A stretch of 62,750 nucleotides of DNA, filler included, from Sphacelaria rigidula (GCA_964200075.2; 10 parts of 10 records of this genome joined end to end with filler, not necessarily neighbours in it), one strand, 5' to 3'. Positions 48,344 through 61,499 are shown, numbered from the whole stretch's first letter. Notes: a model not told the origin generated them from the letters alone. Program-made: numbers and translations.

Positions 48344-50047
48344 TCCGGCCTCTCTCAGTGACTACTCTAAGATTTGAAAAAACATTTTCCGAAACTCTCT
48401 AATACCCAGTTGCGCTGTATTTTCGTATCGGCGGAACTTCACGTCAGCTTGACACCTGTAAGAAATACAGTATAAGTTGTCAGCAAGGAAGCGCGTTGTG
48501 TTCAGAGGAGCGATCACGTTTGACTACAACGTCCTGCTGTTCAGCACGGGCGATGGGTACACTCGTCTGTGATGCCTCCTGACACCAAATGGCCAACGTT
48601 GTTTATCAAGTGCCGGGGGAGACCACGATGGAGGAGACGACGATAGTAACACACACTATCGTCGACATACACACGTGGCAATCTCGCTCAGTACAACAGG
48701 GGTCTCAAAATCGAGGCTCCCGATATATTCGACTATAAATTCATCTGTGTACTACCATCAGTCTCGAGTTGAGACGTCTCCAAGTGCTGTGAATTATGCG
48801 CCAGGTACTGGAAGGGGGGAAACATGGGGGATGCAACATATACGAGATACGTGTGATCACGCGAGGGTATCCGAGGTACACGGGAGCAAATAATGAGTTC
48901 GTGACCAGACAAGCATCACCGAAGTTAAATCCCAAATTGTTCGAGCCAGGTTCGTTTCCGAAATCAAGGCGGTCCGATCACAACAACGACACACTGTTGA
49001 ACAAGTAAGTACGAGCAGGGCTTGGTGAGTGTTGCAAAGTATGGTGGTGGTGAGGGACTTCATATGAGTTTTACAATTCTGCAAAGATATCGTTTGATGG
49101 CCTTTGATTTTCCCTGCAATACGGGCGATCCGGCGCTCGCATTTCAATTATTTCACCCTGGGACCCCACACCAGTGTGTTATCGCGTGTTGTCGCGCAAA
49201 TGTTTCACCTCGGAAACATGCGGTCGAATCGATTTGGTAGTGATTTGCTTGTATTCGATACGACTACGACATTATTACGAGGAGGTTAGTACTGTGACGT
49301 ATCGTTTTGGCTGGAGATCGTGTCTCTCCAGTTTGGCTCCATCCCTGCTTGACCTCACGTGTTGAGTGGGCCAAGGGGCCCTGCCTCCAGTAGCCCGAAT
49401 AATCCCACATGAAATCGGAACTCTTAGGGCTACCAGTATTACAGTTCTTTTTCTCATCTCTTTTTTCGTATCTTGTATTCATTTCTTTTTCATTTTTTTT
49501 GTATATGTGGAGATCAACATTTTTTGGGCATGTGCGGAGAGATTTCCTTTCATGACGTGTAACCTAGTGAACGGGTGTTACAGGGGTAAATTCGCAGGAG
49601 CCCCGAAACTTCCATATCTGTACAGCCGGATCTGGGACCCCAAGGTAACAAATAGGGATCTTCCCAGCGAACTGCTGGCTATCCCTGGGGATCACTCTTG
49701 ACGAAGACTCTCAAACTTCGTCATCGGGCTAACTCGCTCGCGCTCGTCGAGCTTTCCCGAGTGATCCACTTTGCCTCAACCCCACGACTTACGGTCAATC
49801 CTTGACTACATCACCCGAGGGAAATCATCGGCCACCTTCGACGGTTTCTACCGTCACCGGAAGTCTCACGACTTCCACATATAGCATCATTCGTGAGATA
49901 AACTGATGAATTGTTTTTGGGTTCGATTTATATAATGATTTATATTTTACCCCAGCTTGGGGTAGTCAGCCTGTGACCACGGAAGGCGTCCTACCAGATG
50001 CGAAGTACAGAGTACTGCGCACATATCGGAACGGTTTTTAATGTCAA

Positions 50048-50087
50048 GACGACGACGGCGACGATGACGACGACGACGACGACGACG

Positions 50088-50180
<93 letters not shown>
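50048..50180. repeat. Compound (GAC)n(AAC)n microsatellite at contig end
   Basis: Seen directly. Confidence 0.97.
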
Positions 50181-50995
50181 NNNNNNNNNNNNNNNNNNNN
50201 NNNNNNNNNNNNNNNNNNNNNNNNTTAATTAATTAANNNNNNNNNNNNNNNNNNNNNNNNNNNNNNNNNNNNNNNNNNNNGACCGCTTTTCACTCTCAAT
50301 CGTATCATCTACTCCCAATCTCACGAAAACACTGTTTCACTGATTGCCTTGTACGATTGCAGTTTGTCGCTGATGACATAGTTTGTGTACGCCGCACAGG
50401 ATCAACGCAGTGAAACGCAATCGAGATAGTGTGACAAGGCAACATCGAAGCATGCGCATGGTGTAGCAACACAACCACGGAAGTACCAGGGCTGCCATTA
50501 ATGAAGCATACGTATGCAGAGAGTACTGTTGGTCTATATCGCAGCGGTGGTGATGGACAGCGTGCATCACTTGCGAACGATGAAAGCATCTACTACCCGC
50601 GTGGAATGGCTCAGCGAAAGCACATGTACACGTGACCTGGCTCAAGACCGATCCGGGGTTCTCGCGATGATTTCCATACAGATGCTCAACACCCCCTACT
50701 CTTATATATCGGTTTATTTCTCAAATAGGTGTGTTGTCCTCTGAAAAACAATACCAGTACTACCGTACGGTAATTCCGAATCAAAACGAATGGTGGGTAA
50801 TTTTGGGCGATCCGGGGGGACGAGGGTCGCGGTTAAAGGACTAATCGGTTGCCCCAAACTTGTTTAATGCAGTGCTTTAATATGGAATCACTCGACTGTC
50901 ACACCCGTGGTACATTCTTCTCTATTGTGCATGAGCAGCACGCTCATTTTCGAATACATCTGAATAGTCATGAAATTACTCTGCCTGTTGAAGTC

Positions 50996-51420
50996 GCGCC
51001 CCGGTGGTATAATGGTCCAGGTGTCGCCATTAGGGAGGAGAGAAAGAGGGTTCGATTCCCGATGCTGTGGGTTTTTTCTTCGTAATGTCCGATTTCCACC
51101 GTGGACAGCGTGAGAACGTGAGCAAACAAAGCAGTCGATTGACTTCGTTCGACGTGAGTTGACGCTGTGCGGAAGTGCTGACCCAATCCGTGAGACCAAA
51201 ATGCAAGGCGCCTACCGGGGGAGAGAGGGGATGATCGCTTGTGACCACGAACGTATCCCGAGGAAGAGGAGGGGTTCAAAGTGCGACAAATAATGATATG
51301 ATAATGATAATAATGATAATTATAATGTACCGGGGGAGAGATGGGTTGATCCTTTGAGATCACGGACCCATCCCGAGAAATGGGAGGGGTTCACAGTGCG
51401 ACAAATAATAATAATAATAT
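50996..51420 (+). mobile_element. Near full-length tRNA-derived SINE plus a tandem second 3' portion
   Basis: A-box TGGTATAATGG at 51005-51015 and B-box GGTTCGATTCC at 51049-51059. The body is shared with other copies and ends gggttca.agtgcgacaaa(taa/tga)n twice. Confidence 0.75.
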
Positions 51421-52242
51421 TTAGTGTAATAATAACGATGAAATTGGACTCTTCTGGTAATGCACGATAAACATTTTCGCGAAGTTGAGGGTGTAACGTT
51501 TGATTGAGAGTGATCGTTTTAGCCATTTATTCGTGGAATCGGCACCACTTTCACCTGAGAATTCACTGCGTGGCCCTGGCTACCAACTCTGGTGGTCAAA
51601 GGGTGAACATTTGGAACAGCTATATGTTCCGAAAGCAAACAAACGCCAATATGCGATTCTTTGCAATCGCGACGTGTGGATACCCTACAACACATGCATT
51701 CAGCTTATCAGTCAGAATTTGGGAATTCATGGCATTGTGTGCGACGTGTAATCATAAGCTGCTCAGTGAGCAGCGGCGCATTAATGAAATTAACGTTCCG
51801 ATGGTTGGTATCCTCATTCACCTTTTATTGTCAGTTCAACAACGTGCACCGTTCTTCATCATCACTGGTACAGTCAACGACTCTAGAACGCACGTGTTCC
51901 GCAACGCCATTCGAATGGACCCTTTGATCGCTCGGGTAGGTAACCTGTTGAATCGGGATCACTACACCTGGCATTCCTCACTTGTTAGTGTTTCATTCAT
52001 TGAAGGTCACTCTCAATAGCTACAATCTCAAACTAGCGAAAATGTTGTCATCATCGTTTTTATTCCCTTGATATTCTGATTTCTGTCCTCGCATAATTTC
52101 TCGCGTAAATATTCTCGAGTAAAGAGGATGAGGATGGGATAATGACAAAAAAATCGAAATTTGTAATTTTGATATCTCGAACCTGATCAACCAATACACG
52201 ACTTTTGGTCATGAAACATGAAAAAGGCTGACGCGAGAAAAT

Positions 52243-52300
52243 CGGCAATGATGGGACTTGAACCCGCGACTTTTACCGTGACAGCGTGACAATCCTGTTT
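52243..52300 (-). pseudogene. Degenerate tRNA-Asp(GTC)-like 3' half
   Basis: The minus strand reads ctGTCacggtaaaagtcgcggGTTCAAGTcccatcattgccg (anticodon loop, variable loop, T loop). Stems are mismatched and there is no pairing 5' acceptor or D arm. Confidence 0.45.
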
Positions 52301-52564
52301 CCCCGTCCTGTCATGAGACTGTACCTGTGGGGTGTGGCGCGACACTCAAGAAACGTACCTCGTCCATCCTTTCCCGTACCGAGGAGATCACGGATATCAT
52401 CAGCACACGGAGGCCGTTAGGCACGATAAGCACTTCCCCAGATCATGTGTTCCCTCATTCGCTTTCGTGTAGTGACAAAAGGCAATAACTACCAACGTCG
52501 TGAATTTCAAACCTTCAAGTTTTACTGTACACATACCGGTTCGTACGTCGGCAGGAGGCTCCGT

Positions 52565-53386
52565 CTACTGTAGCAGGATATGCCCACCGACGTCTGTGTC
52601 ACTGCCGTAGGCACTGCTTCCAGCATCGTCGTCAGCTTCGCTCCAAAATCCATTTTCAGGCCGATCCTTCCACCTAGACTTGATTTCTTGGCCCTTGTCT
52701 TTCCCAGCGAGGGCGAAAGATGTGAGATCAACCGACTTTTGCATCGAATTAGACCCCAAATGGCCCGGTGGTTGCATCTGCCCGGAGTGCTCGCCCAAAC
52801 AAGAGAAGGATGCCACTTTGTGAGACCGTCGACCGCCAATTCCCTCCCGGCTCTTTCGTGCCACGTCTGCGCCCACGACGCCGTTCAAAGTTGCAGTTAA
52901 ATCCGATCGTGTGGCGTGTATGCGGTCTGGCGATGAATTGTTTCTGCCCGCTGAAGCAGCGGAAGAGGCGGTATCCGAAACGTCATCATCATCACCAGCC
53001 CAGTCGATATCTTTCATTGATACATCATATTTTGACGTTGTTTCTTCTACCTGAGCATTTTCCGGCGGAGCCAAGTGATGAGTATGTATCTTTCCGTTCT
53101 CGGCATCGCGACTTCGGTTGTTGGTGCTGTCCGCGCTGAGCTTGGCCACTACACGAGCGGCGGAAGCCTCAACAGTTGGAGGACCACCTCGTGCTAGTTC
53201 GGATCCGTCGCGGCAATGTTGCTCTTCTCCCAAAGGGGTCCCTGTGATAGCCTTGCGCGACACCAAGCTCTGGGTCGCTGAGGCAATAGCAGCCAAATGA
53301 ACCCTGCAGCCGGCCGGGCTTGTGGCCGACATTTCGTCCCAGTCAGCCGGTGTCATGGCCAGCAGCACGTGGCCATCTATCGCCGC
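52565..53386 (-). CDS. Large exon of a SAM (sterile alpha motif) domain protein with a disordered tail
   Basis: Acceptor gtgcgtgcag|GCG. AAIDGHVLLAMTPADWDEMSATSPAGCRVHLAAI fits the SAM C-terminal half (IDG..LL.LT..D..E.......R..L...I). The frame is open for 273 codons; the 3' boundary is uncertain. Confidence 0.65.
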   Translation of the reverse strand, partial: AAIDGHVLLAMTPADWDEMSATSPAGCRVHLAAIASATQSLVSRKAITGTPLGEEQHCRDGSELARGGPPTVEASAARVVAKLSADSTNNRSRDAENGKIHTHHLAPPENAQVEETTSKYDVSMKDIDWAGDDDDVSDTASSAASAGRNNSSPDRIHATRSDLTATLNGVVGADVARKSREGIGGRRSHKVASFSCLGEHSGQMQPPGHLGSNSMQKSVDLTSFALAGKDKGQEIKSRWKDRPENGFWSEADDDAGSSAYGSDTDVGGHILLQ

Positions 53387-54777
53387 CTGCACGCACAGGA
53401 CCAGCCGGACATCAGCAGGGTGGGGCACCTTCACACATTTGACGTATTAAGCTACAGCAGTAAGTAGTCATCTACATGGTACCACGTACTTTGCCAGGCA
53501 GTGTCCAGCAGCGTAGAAAAGAGGGACTTCCCTGGGCTGAACGGTGTATGAACGCCGCGTCTGCGAAGTGTAGCGTTCCCCAGCTACGAATGCACCTCTC
53601 ATAGGGTGGATAGACGATTATCATGTTGCGTTATTGGCGAAGGGGCCATTCCTGGCGGCAGCGGAAATATGGAAAGAGCTTTTTGCACTGGATTTGGTAT
53701 CTCGTCTGAAGATCCTCCGACATTGCCGATTTTCCGAATTTTGCGGAAATGCTAGCCGCACGTGCCCAATACGATTCCCCACCCTTGCGAAAACCTTCGG
53801 GTGCTTCATCGTTATCATTCAAACACCACCGCGAATAAAAGGCAGGTTCTAAGATATTGTATTCATGGCTTACAGAGCGTTTTCGGCTCGCGAGTTCCGT
53901 GCACCCCCCTTCGCCAGGAATGGCCCAATGCCGTACACAACTTTCGGCCACACTTTCGGAAGTGTCGAGAGAGCGTGGGCTCGAACCTTCCCTCTGTAAT
54001 GCGAGCGAGAGGATAGGAGGCAGGTGGTGGTAACATTTCCCACACCGTCTTCGACAAATCCAACGCTGTCGTGGAGCATTGGCCACAGCGCCGACGATAT
54101 TGCCTACAGTTCCGGATGCCGTCGAAAACCCGGGGAATGTTTGATGCCATCCGCAGCACCTTCGGAGGGGTCGATACTTTCACGGTGTGCGCCACACCTG
54201 AAAGTGTGTCGCGGAAAATTTGGCCGACAACTTCAACCTGCCCTCAAGCGTGTGATCTATCAGCCACAGCGTTGGAGTACGTAAGCGATAGTCTTCGACG
54301 CCGTGAAGATGGGCAGTGTCGGAGGTGTCTGCGACACTGTCGGACGTGTTGTTGAAACCTTCGAGGCTATTCACTACACCGCTGACACCGTCCACGACAC
54401 TTCCGACACGTTCGACATTGTGGCCGACACTCTCGGAAGAGTCGCCGAGAGTTCCGAGTATGCCAGCTATTTCGTCCAACGCTACAAAACTTCATGTATT
54501 ACATGAAAAATGGGAAGGTCAAAGCACTCACCGTACGCAGGGCCGCCAAGGTCTGCCGGTCACGAGTTCCGATCTGCTGCCAGCACCACATCATCACGTC
54601 CAGCGTCCGCCACGACGAAACTCTGAGCTACCACACGATAGGTACGCGTGAGTGCAAGAGTGTAACAGTGTCACTTTCCTGCCGATCAAAGTGCCTCACT
54701 CTCACTCCGAGACAATTCTGTTTCAATACAAAAGTATTTGCACCTCACCAGTGATTGCACATGTCAAACTGAACTAC

Positions 54778-54927
54778 CAGAGTATCTCGTGCCATTCACG
54801 TCCGCGAGATGTCAGCGCACAGGCGGCCTGCGCTCTATACAAAGCCTTACGGATGCTCTTCGAGAGGGGTGCGGAGCGAAACGTTGTGCTCGCGATGCTC
54901 ACGGAAGTTGGGTCGAACGTAGCTGAC
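54778..54927 (-). CDS. Candidate 150-bp exon, possibly upstream in the SAM-protein gene
   Basis: Pyrimidine tract plus tag acceptor. Open frame SATFDPTSVSIASTTFRSAPLSKSIRKALYRAQAACALTSRGREWHEIL, then a gtagtt donor. Phase does not join directly to the SAM exon. Confidence 0.4.
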
Positions 54928-55820
54928 CTACGAAGCTAAATTGGCGGGATGAAACAGAAACAATCGCTCCGCTGCTGCCGTGATTTCCCCCCTTCAGACA
55001 GAAGGAGAGTATTTAAAAACATGATATGAGAAGCGCGCTTAGCCTGTGAAGGGGTGACGGGTACCGTTGGAAATTTGGGGATTACGGCTATCCAACGACT
55101 CACGCCTTGAGCTTAACGAAGGAGCGCCGCGATCTTGGCGAATAAACAAAAACGAGCACCCCCCAAAATGGTGTAGTTTTTGCGGATTTGCCCAGAACCG
55201 AGTTTTGAGATCAGCGCATAGAACTGGTTCCGTCGGAAAACCTGAGACAAGACGCCAAACTTGATCGGTTCGGATTTTCGAAACGTTCAGCCGCTCGCAA
55301 GTCACGGACGGTCAATCTCGGAGACGGTGGAAATTTGGTGTAGCAGGTGCATATCGAGCTGTAGCGCGAAATTCGCGACCAATTTCTCGTTTGAATTTTC
55401 GCTGGGGGGTATAACGTGCTCGTCCTACCGTTCATATATGCACCACGCCTCGCTAGAAAAATAAGAAGATGGCGAAATTTCAAATTCCAGCATTTTCCAC
55501 ACCGAAAGTCGAAAAACCTGTCCCGGAAGCATGGTACAGACGATACCGTACAACGCGTAAACAAATGGACAGCACTTCATGCGATAAATATCCGTCTTTT
55601 GCGGATTATATTACATGTGCCCGACTCATTCCCACTGTCGATTCGAGACATCATTATATATTGTATGTCGTGTCTTATCATTGAGCGAGGAAAATGGCGA
55701 ATTCCGTATATTTTCGATGAAGCTTCTTGCTATGTTATTGGAGTATCGAGTTTGTGTACAAAGTTTCCTCTTCAGTCGACTCCACTTGTCTGTGGGATGA
55801 TTTTCCGCTTTCATAACTAT

Positions 55821-56121
55821 AAACAACGTTTTCGTAAGATTGAGAGTAGAGCTCTGGTTGAGAGTGGCTTTGATCATTCGCTTCAACTCAGCCAATTTTT
55901 CGTTCCGTGTGTGCTTTTCTTCGCCTCCACCACTTGCGTGTGCTTACAGCTACACGTCGATATCCTACTCAGGGAATTCAAGGGCCTCAGTGGCAAGCTA
56001 CTACATAAAGCATACTGGGCCTCGTGCAGGGGCATTTCGGAACTGAAATGATTCATTCACTACTTTACCGCTCTTCACTCTCAATCGTATCCTCTACTCT
56101 CAATCTCACGAAACCACTGTT
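55821..56121. mobile_element. ~300-bp MITE with ~30-bp terminal inverted repeats
   Basis: AAACAACGTTTTCGTAAGATTGAGAGTAGAG...CTCTACTCTCAATCTCACGAAACCACTGTTT. Inverted copy at ~60590-60877 and a partial copy at 50281-50338. Confidence 0.85.
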
Positions 56122-57721
56122 TATAGTACTTCAACATGTATTGTGAATGTGCCTCTCTACCGGTTGATGTTCTGTTCCCTCTACATCATTTTGCGCTCCA
56201 ACTCGTTGAAAAAATCTTCATATTTGGCGAGCGTTTTGATTATGAAAGGCGAAACATATTCTTCATTGCGCGCGTGTTTAATTCCACCACGTGATTGCTG
56301 TAATCGATTATGTTCTTCATGTGGTCATTTCGAGCTATCGCTTGTTTCGTGCTTTTCGATGTTGGGGGGGGGGGGGGGGGGGGGGGGAGGTTGAATGAAG
56401 TTTTTCTGTGGGAAAAATCGGGGTTCTTCATGCAAACCCCGAGTTTTTTTTTTTTCCCCTAATTTNNNNNNNNNNNNNNNNNNNNNNNNNNNNNNNNNNN
56501 NNNNNNNNNTTAATTAATTAANNNNNNNNNNNNNNNNNNNNNNNNNNNNNNNNNNNNNNNNNNNNCATTTGTTGCTTGCCTTAGTCATTTGACCATTGCG
56601 GGGAGGGGTGGGGGGGAGGGTGTGGCACCTCGATGCGTGTTTTTAATTATGTAGTAGCCATTGAAACGAGGGTGGCAGGTGTTTGCGTGTCAAGCAGCTA
56701 ATGTGTGTGGCGATACACATGCGTAAAATGATTTGTGCGTCACGATATCGTCTGTAGTGATCGTCTCTTGTGGTATCGGGTGTATTTTGCTTTGCTCGTT
56801 CGCAGGTCAGGTTTTTGGTTCTTGTCTCGTGTGATTTAATCTTTCCTCGGATTTGTTACTAATTGGGCACACAGCTGTCATGACTTGAGATATCTGTACC
56901 GTAGAATAATGGCAATAGATTTCCATTTTTACATTATCGACTATTGTACCTATTGCAGTAAATGATAGATTCCATCCTGTACGAGTATAGTACTGGGCGC
57001 CTGAAATATGTTTTTGTCCAGAAGTTTCTTTTCTCTCGCGACTACTCTCCGATACAACTCGACATTGGTAAATTTTGATGAAATCAAGAGATCGTCTTCC
57101 CCTTCCAGTGCCCCACGTTATTGTTGGTTGGTTATATCGGGCGATGCACGTAGACACGCTGTTCTTCAGGAGGGTGTTATTGACCGTGAAATACAGTTTT
57201 TCGGCTCTAGAGCATTCAGTAGGTAAAAGTAAAGAACCAAACCTGTATCGACCTAAAATACGTGAGAGTCAAAATTTGGGCTGAAACTTGTCAGGACCCC
57301 CGATGACCGGTCAGCCCGTAAGCCACCCAACATTGAGTACATTTTTTTCTTTTTTCTCGAAATATGGAGCGGATACAGGTACCTTCAGATCCTCCACGTG
57401 ATACGACGGAAATCAGATGCTTGAAAAAAAACAGTACGAAGCATAGTCATGAAGCATAATTTCCACATGAGCGGTGGCATGCGAAAGAGCCCAAGAAATT
57501 CCAGTACACAATGAATAGTTCAGGCGCCCAGTACTGTACACTTGAACTACTGTCATTTGACAGTGTAATCTATTGTCATTCGTCCAGGCGGTGGAATGTT
57601 TGTTGTTGTTGTCCTTGTCCTCGTCGTTGCAACATTTTTTTTCTTTTGTGTCCTGTGTTTGTCTTGTTTGTTTGTTTCTCCGCTTGTCCTGATTCGTTTT
57701 GTGTGTGTGTATGTATAATAG

Positions 57722-57837
57722 CTGGAACTGACTCCGAAGGAACAGGCGGATAAGAAGAGGATGATCGAGGCAGCTTTCGGAGACTGGAACCGGAAAGACT
57801 TCAGGGCTTTTGTCGCTGCCACCGAGCGTCACGGCCG
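57722..57837 (+). CDS. ISWI: ISWI/SNF2H-family chromatin remodeller, exon at the HAND-SANT junction
   Basis: ag|LELTPKEQADKKRMIEAAFGDWNRKDFRAFVAATERHG(R)|gtgcgt matches ISWI LT.EE..EK..L...GF..W..RDF..F..A.E..GR. Confidence 0.9.
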
Positions 57838-58558
57838 GTGCGTGTTATCGTCATCTTCTATTTTTTTCTCGCAGTATGTGTTTTATTCTGCGGTCGTCCA
57901 TTCTTTCTTTCGACCGAAGTCGTTTGTTTCTGTTCACAATTTATCTGTGTGTGCGTGTTTTTTTCTCTTTGTTTCTTTCATCATACTTTTTTTTTTTTAC
58001 ATTTTCATTATTTTCGCGTATGTACGTGTGTTTTTATACCTTTTAAGCCTTGCTCGTGTGAGAAACGTAATATTTGTTTATGCTTTTTTGTTTGTTGTTG
58101 TGTGTGGGTTTTTCTCTCAAATATATAATATATATTGTTCGCGTTTTGCGCAAACCCGTATGTGACAATGTAGCGAATCTGGACGAAGACAATCTTGATG
58201 TTGGTGTTTACTGGGATTGGCACGTTCCTATGAGTGCGTGTGTACGTATTCCCCCCTCCCCCGTCTCGAAAGGGATGCGTGGTCAATGGTCAAATGACTA
58301 AGGCAAGCAACAAATGAGTACCCCCCCCCCCCTCAACAACTGTCCATCTTCGAGAAGCGATAACGTATACATTTGTTTTGTAAAAGTGAACTTTTGACGA
58401 GAAAAAAGAAGAAGAAGAGTGGTTGACAACATCGGAGTGATGAGCATCCTCGTGTGAAGATAGTTCGTTCTGTTGTTCTAAATACGGATTTTTACTCCCT
58501 TTTTTGTGTCGTCTTTTTCCAATGTTGTGGGATTTTTGTTTGTCTTGACGGCAACTAG

Positions 58559-58637
58559 GGACGACACGGAAGCTGTGCTTCGAGATGTGTGTCTGGAGAC
58601 GGCAAAGACTGAGGAGAACGTTCGCAAATACATCAAG
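58559..58637 (+). CDS. ISWI: ISWI SANT domain, next exon
   Basis: tag|g GAC GAC... gives DDTEAVLRDVCLETAKTEENVRKYIK|gtgaac. Phase joins the previous exon (cg+g = Arg), giving GRDD...KT.E.V..Y. Confidence 0.88.
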
Positions 58638-59782
58638 GTGAACAACTGTGCCCCTTGAGGATCAGGGTTCAAATCAGTCTCGGGAGGGAGGGGTTGGTGG
58701 AAGTCACGGGAGCGTTTGTGCGGGAAAATGACGTGTATGTGTGTGGAGGACGGTCCATGCGCTGTACTCTGAACTTTTGAAGCACCAGCACCAAATACCT
58801 ATGTTCTCGTTGTGAAAAAGTAAACAGGGGCGGTAGTTTCTGTCTTGAGATGTAGAGGTACCCAATCAGCTTTGGAATATTCACATGGCGACCCCGCTCC
58901 CGCACCCCACCCCAACCCCCGCCTCCCGCCTCCGCTCCATCCGCGAAAACAAACAAACAAACAACCAGCTATTGTTTATATTATACGAAAAACCAAGTCC
59001 TGGGTGTAACGTAAATGATCTGCGGAGCTTCACACGGGGCGGGCGATAAGACTCTCTGCGACTCGAGATGTTTTTGATGCAGCGACCTATAGCTGCAAGC
59101 GGCCGATCAGAGCACAGACAGCTGTGTATTTGTGTATTTGTATATTTGCAAATAAATCTCTCCTCGACGCACATTTTTCGGTGAACGGTATCTCATCTCG
59201 TGGTAGTGCTCCCCCCTCCCCACCCCTCCCCTGCTCGCCTGGTCCGTCTCAAAAGGGATGCGTGTTCAATGGCCAAACGATTGAGGCAAGCATCAAATGA
59301 GTACGCCCGCCCCCCCCCTCCCCGTATTGTCTCCTTTTCCTTCCCTTCTTTTTTCCCCCTTTACCCTTTCCCCCACTCCCTTTTTTTTCGTTGAAGAACA
59401 TTGGAACTTGAGTTTCTTCCCTCCATCCTATCTGATACAATACGTCGAAGTCGTATCTGTGCTGTACGCACAAGAGGGAGCGACCATGTCATCTCTCGCC
59501 TATGAGCTCTCGTGCGGTCTGTCCCTCTGCTCCTGGCTTGCATGTACAAGATCAAGGTAGATGCATTGCATAGTACGAGTTTCTAGAATAGTGATTGGTG
59601 ATAGATTACAACCTTCCGCTGTGAGAGGTACCCGTACTTCTAACAGGGGAATCTACCACGTTTCGGACGAATCATCGCCAGTTCAAATCTCCGAATCCAC
59701 GAATTTTCAGGCCTGGTTGCTGGAAAGAGATGAGGAAGTCGGCCGCTGGTCCGAAAGGTCTCCACGCAATTTTTGCGTCATT

Positions 59783-59913
59783 GCACGTGCCCGGGCTGCG
59801 CGTACCTGGGTTGCGACGCTGAAAATAAAGCCTAAGGGATGATTCGTACGGTACGAATCAATCACCCTAAAATCAAGTAATTTCCAGACGAATCGTTCAT
59901 TCGTCCGACCCTC
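59783..59913. mobile_element. MITE-end family copy
   Basis: Reverse complement of 6771-6901. Confidence 0.7.
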
Positions 59914-60589
59914 GGAGTCTACGGTAGCTACGTATCCCGTATGGCTACCCACGTACCGACGAGGGGGGGATATGACTCAGTTTGTTTAGCTAGATTTGGG
60001 GCGTTTTGTACAATATGCAAAGTCGGGAGAGCCCTCTGAGTAGCGGATTCATCGAAGAGAGAGAAGGAAAGAGATGAGAGTGGTGTCGCGATAGCCCCCC
60101 CCACGAACCAGCCCCAAATCTCTCGCAAAGAAAATGCATACACAGCTCGTACAGTCGGTTTCAGACCGAATGAAGCGCCTCGTACAGGCAACATTGCCGA
60201 AAACGATCCCAGGCTTGGCAATTCCAAGCTTCTCGGCGTGCTCGGCCTTTGTAAATCATGATTCGTGTGTAGATTTTGCCTCCTCAAACTAGCCATTTTC
60301 CTGGGGGTGGTATCCCGGCATCACTGATTAGAGTACACAAAACATCGAAACAAGATGGACGGGCGGACGCAACTTGGCGTTATTCATCAAACACGGAGCC
60401 GTGAGGCACGAGAGTATTCGTGCCGTGTTCTTTTACCCGATTCATTCATGTTACAGAATAATCATTTTCCAACAGTAAGATAACAAGCGCAATCATACTT
60501 ACTGTACCCCCCCCCCCCCCCTCCCCCCACCTTCCCCCAGAAAAAAAAGGAAGGGAACAAAAAAAAATGGATTCGACGAGAAAACGACT

Positions 60590-60877
60590 TACAAAAATGT
60601 TTTCGTGAGATTGAGAGTGAAAAGCGGTCAATCAGTGAATGACTCGTTTCAGTTCCGAAATGGTCCTCCACGAGGCCCAATATGCTTTCTGTAATAGCTG
60701 GATACTGAGGCCCTTGATATCCCTGAGTAAGATAACGACGTGTATCTGTAAGCACATACCAGTGATGAAGGCGAAGAAAAAGAACACACGAAGTAAAAAG
60801 AATGGCTAAGTTAGAGCGAATGATCAAAGCCACTCTCAATCAGCGCTCTACTCTCAATCTCACGGAAACGTTGTTTC
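60590..60877. mobile_element. MITE copy, family of 55821-56121
   Basis: Colinear reverse-complement homology with the same TIR motif. Confidence 0.85.
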
Positions 60878-61499
60878 ACTTGCTTGATGGAACAACGCGC
60901 TGACGCCTCTGCGAGTGGAAGGCTGACGGTAGTATATATGTGAATTTGGAATACGCTTGAAGCAGGTATTTTAGGTACAGGTATCTGTCAGTTTTGAACA
61001 TCGATTGGCCAGTCCTCTCCAGAGCAAAAGAAGGCGGGAAAGATGAAAAAAAAAAGATAGCTCAAGCAGTTTCCGTGATTGTTACGTATACTGTATACAC
61101 ACATATATATATATATTTCTGTTCTTTTTCTTCTTACTTCCATTTTTCGTATTTTGTTTTTGCTGCTCCTGACCCCGGGCTGGATTGTTGCAATCAGCTA
61201 ATGCGAGATAATTAATATATCAATCAGTCTTTCTATCTTTTATCCACACCTGCTACTTCGTTATTGTTTTTTTTTATTTCACCAATCGGATCTTGGCATC
61301 TATCCATGTACTGTGTTTGTGTGTTTGAGTGTTGTCATCCCATGTATTCTGAACGCCAGTCTACTACACCTTCCGGTATACATGGGCGCATTAGCTAGGA
61401 TCACACAGGAGAAAAGTCAGCACAAATATATATATATATATTTTTTTTTCGTTTCCCCTACAGGCTGGTTCAGGCCTATCACCCAGAAAAAACTCATCG

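Noticed and set aside
47774..48361. Mirror-image ORFs on both strands
   Set aside because: A consequence of the palindrome.
50996..51070. Functional tRNA gene (also 12275-12345 and B-box-like sites near 7605 and 45780)
   Set aside because: A and B boxes are present but there is no cloverleaf; these are SINE-like heads.
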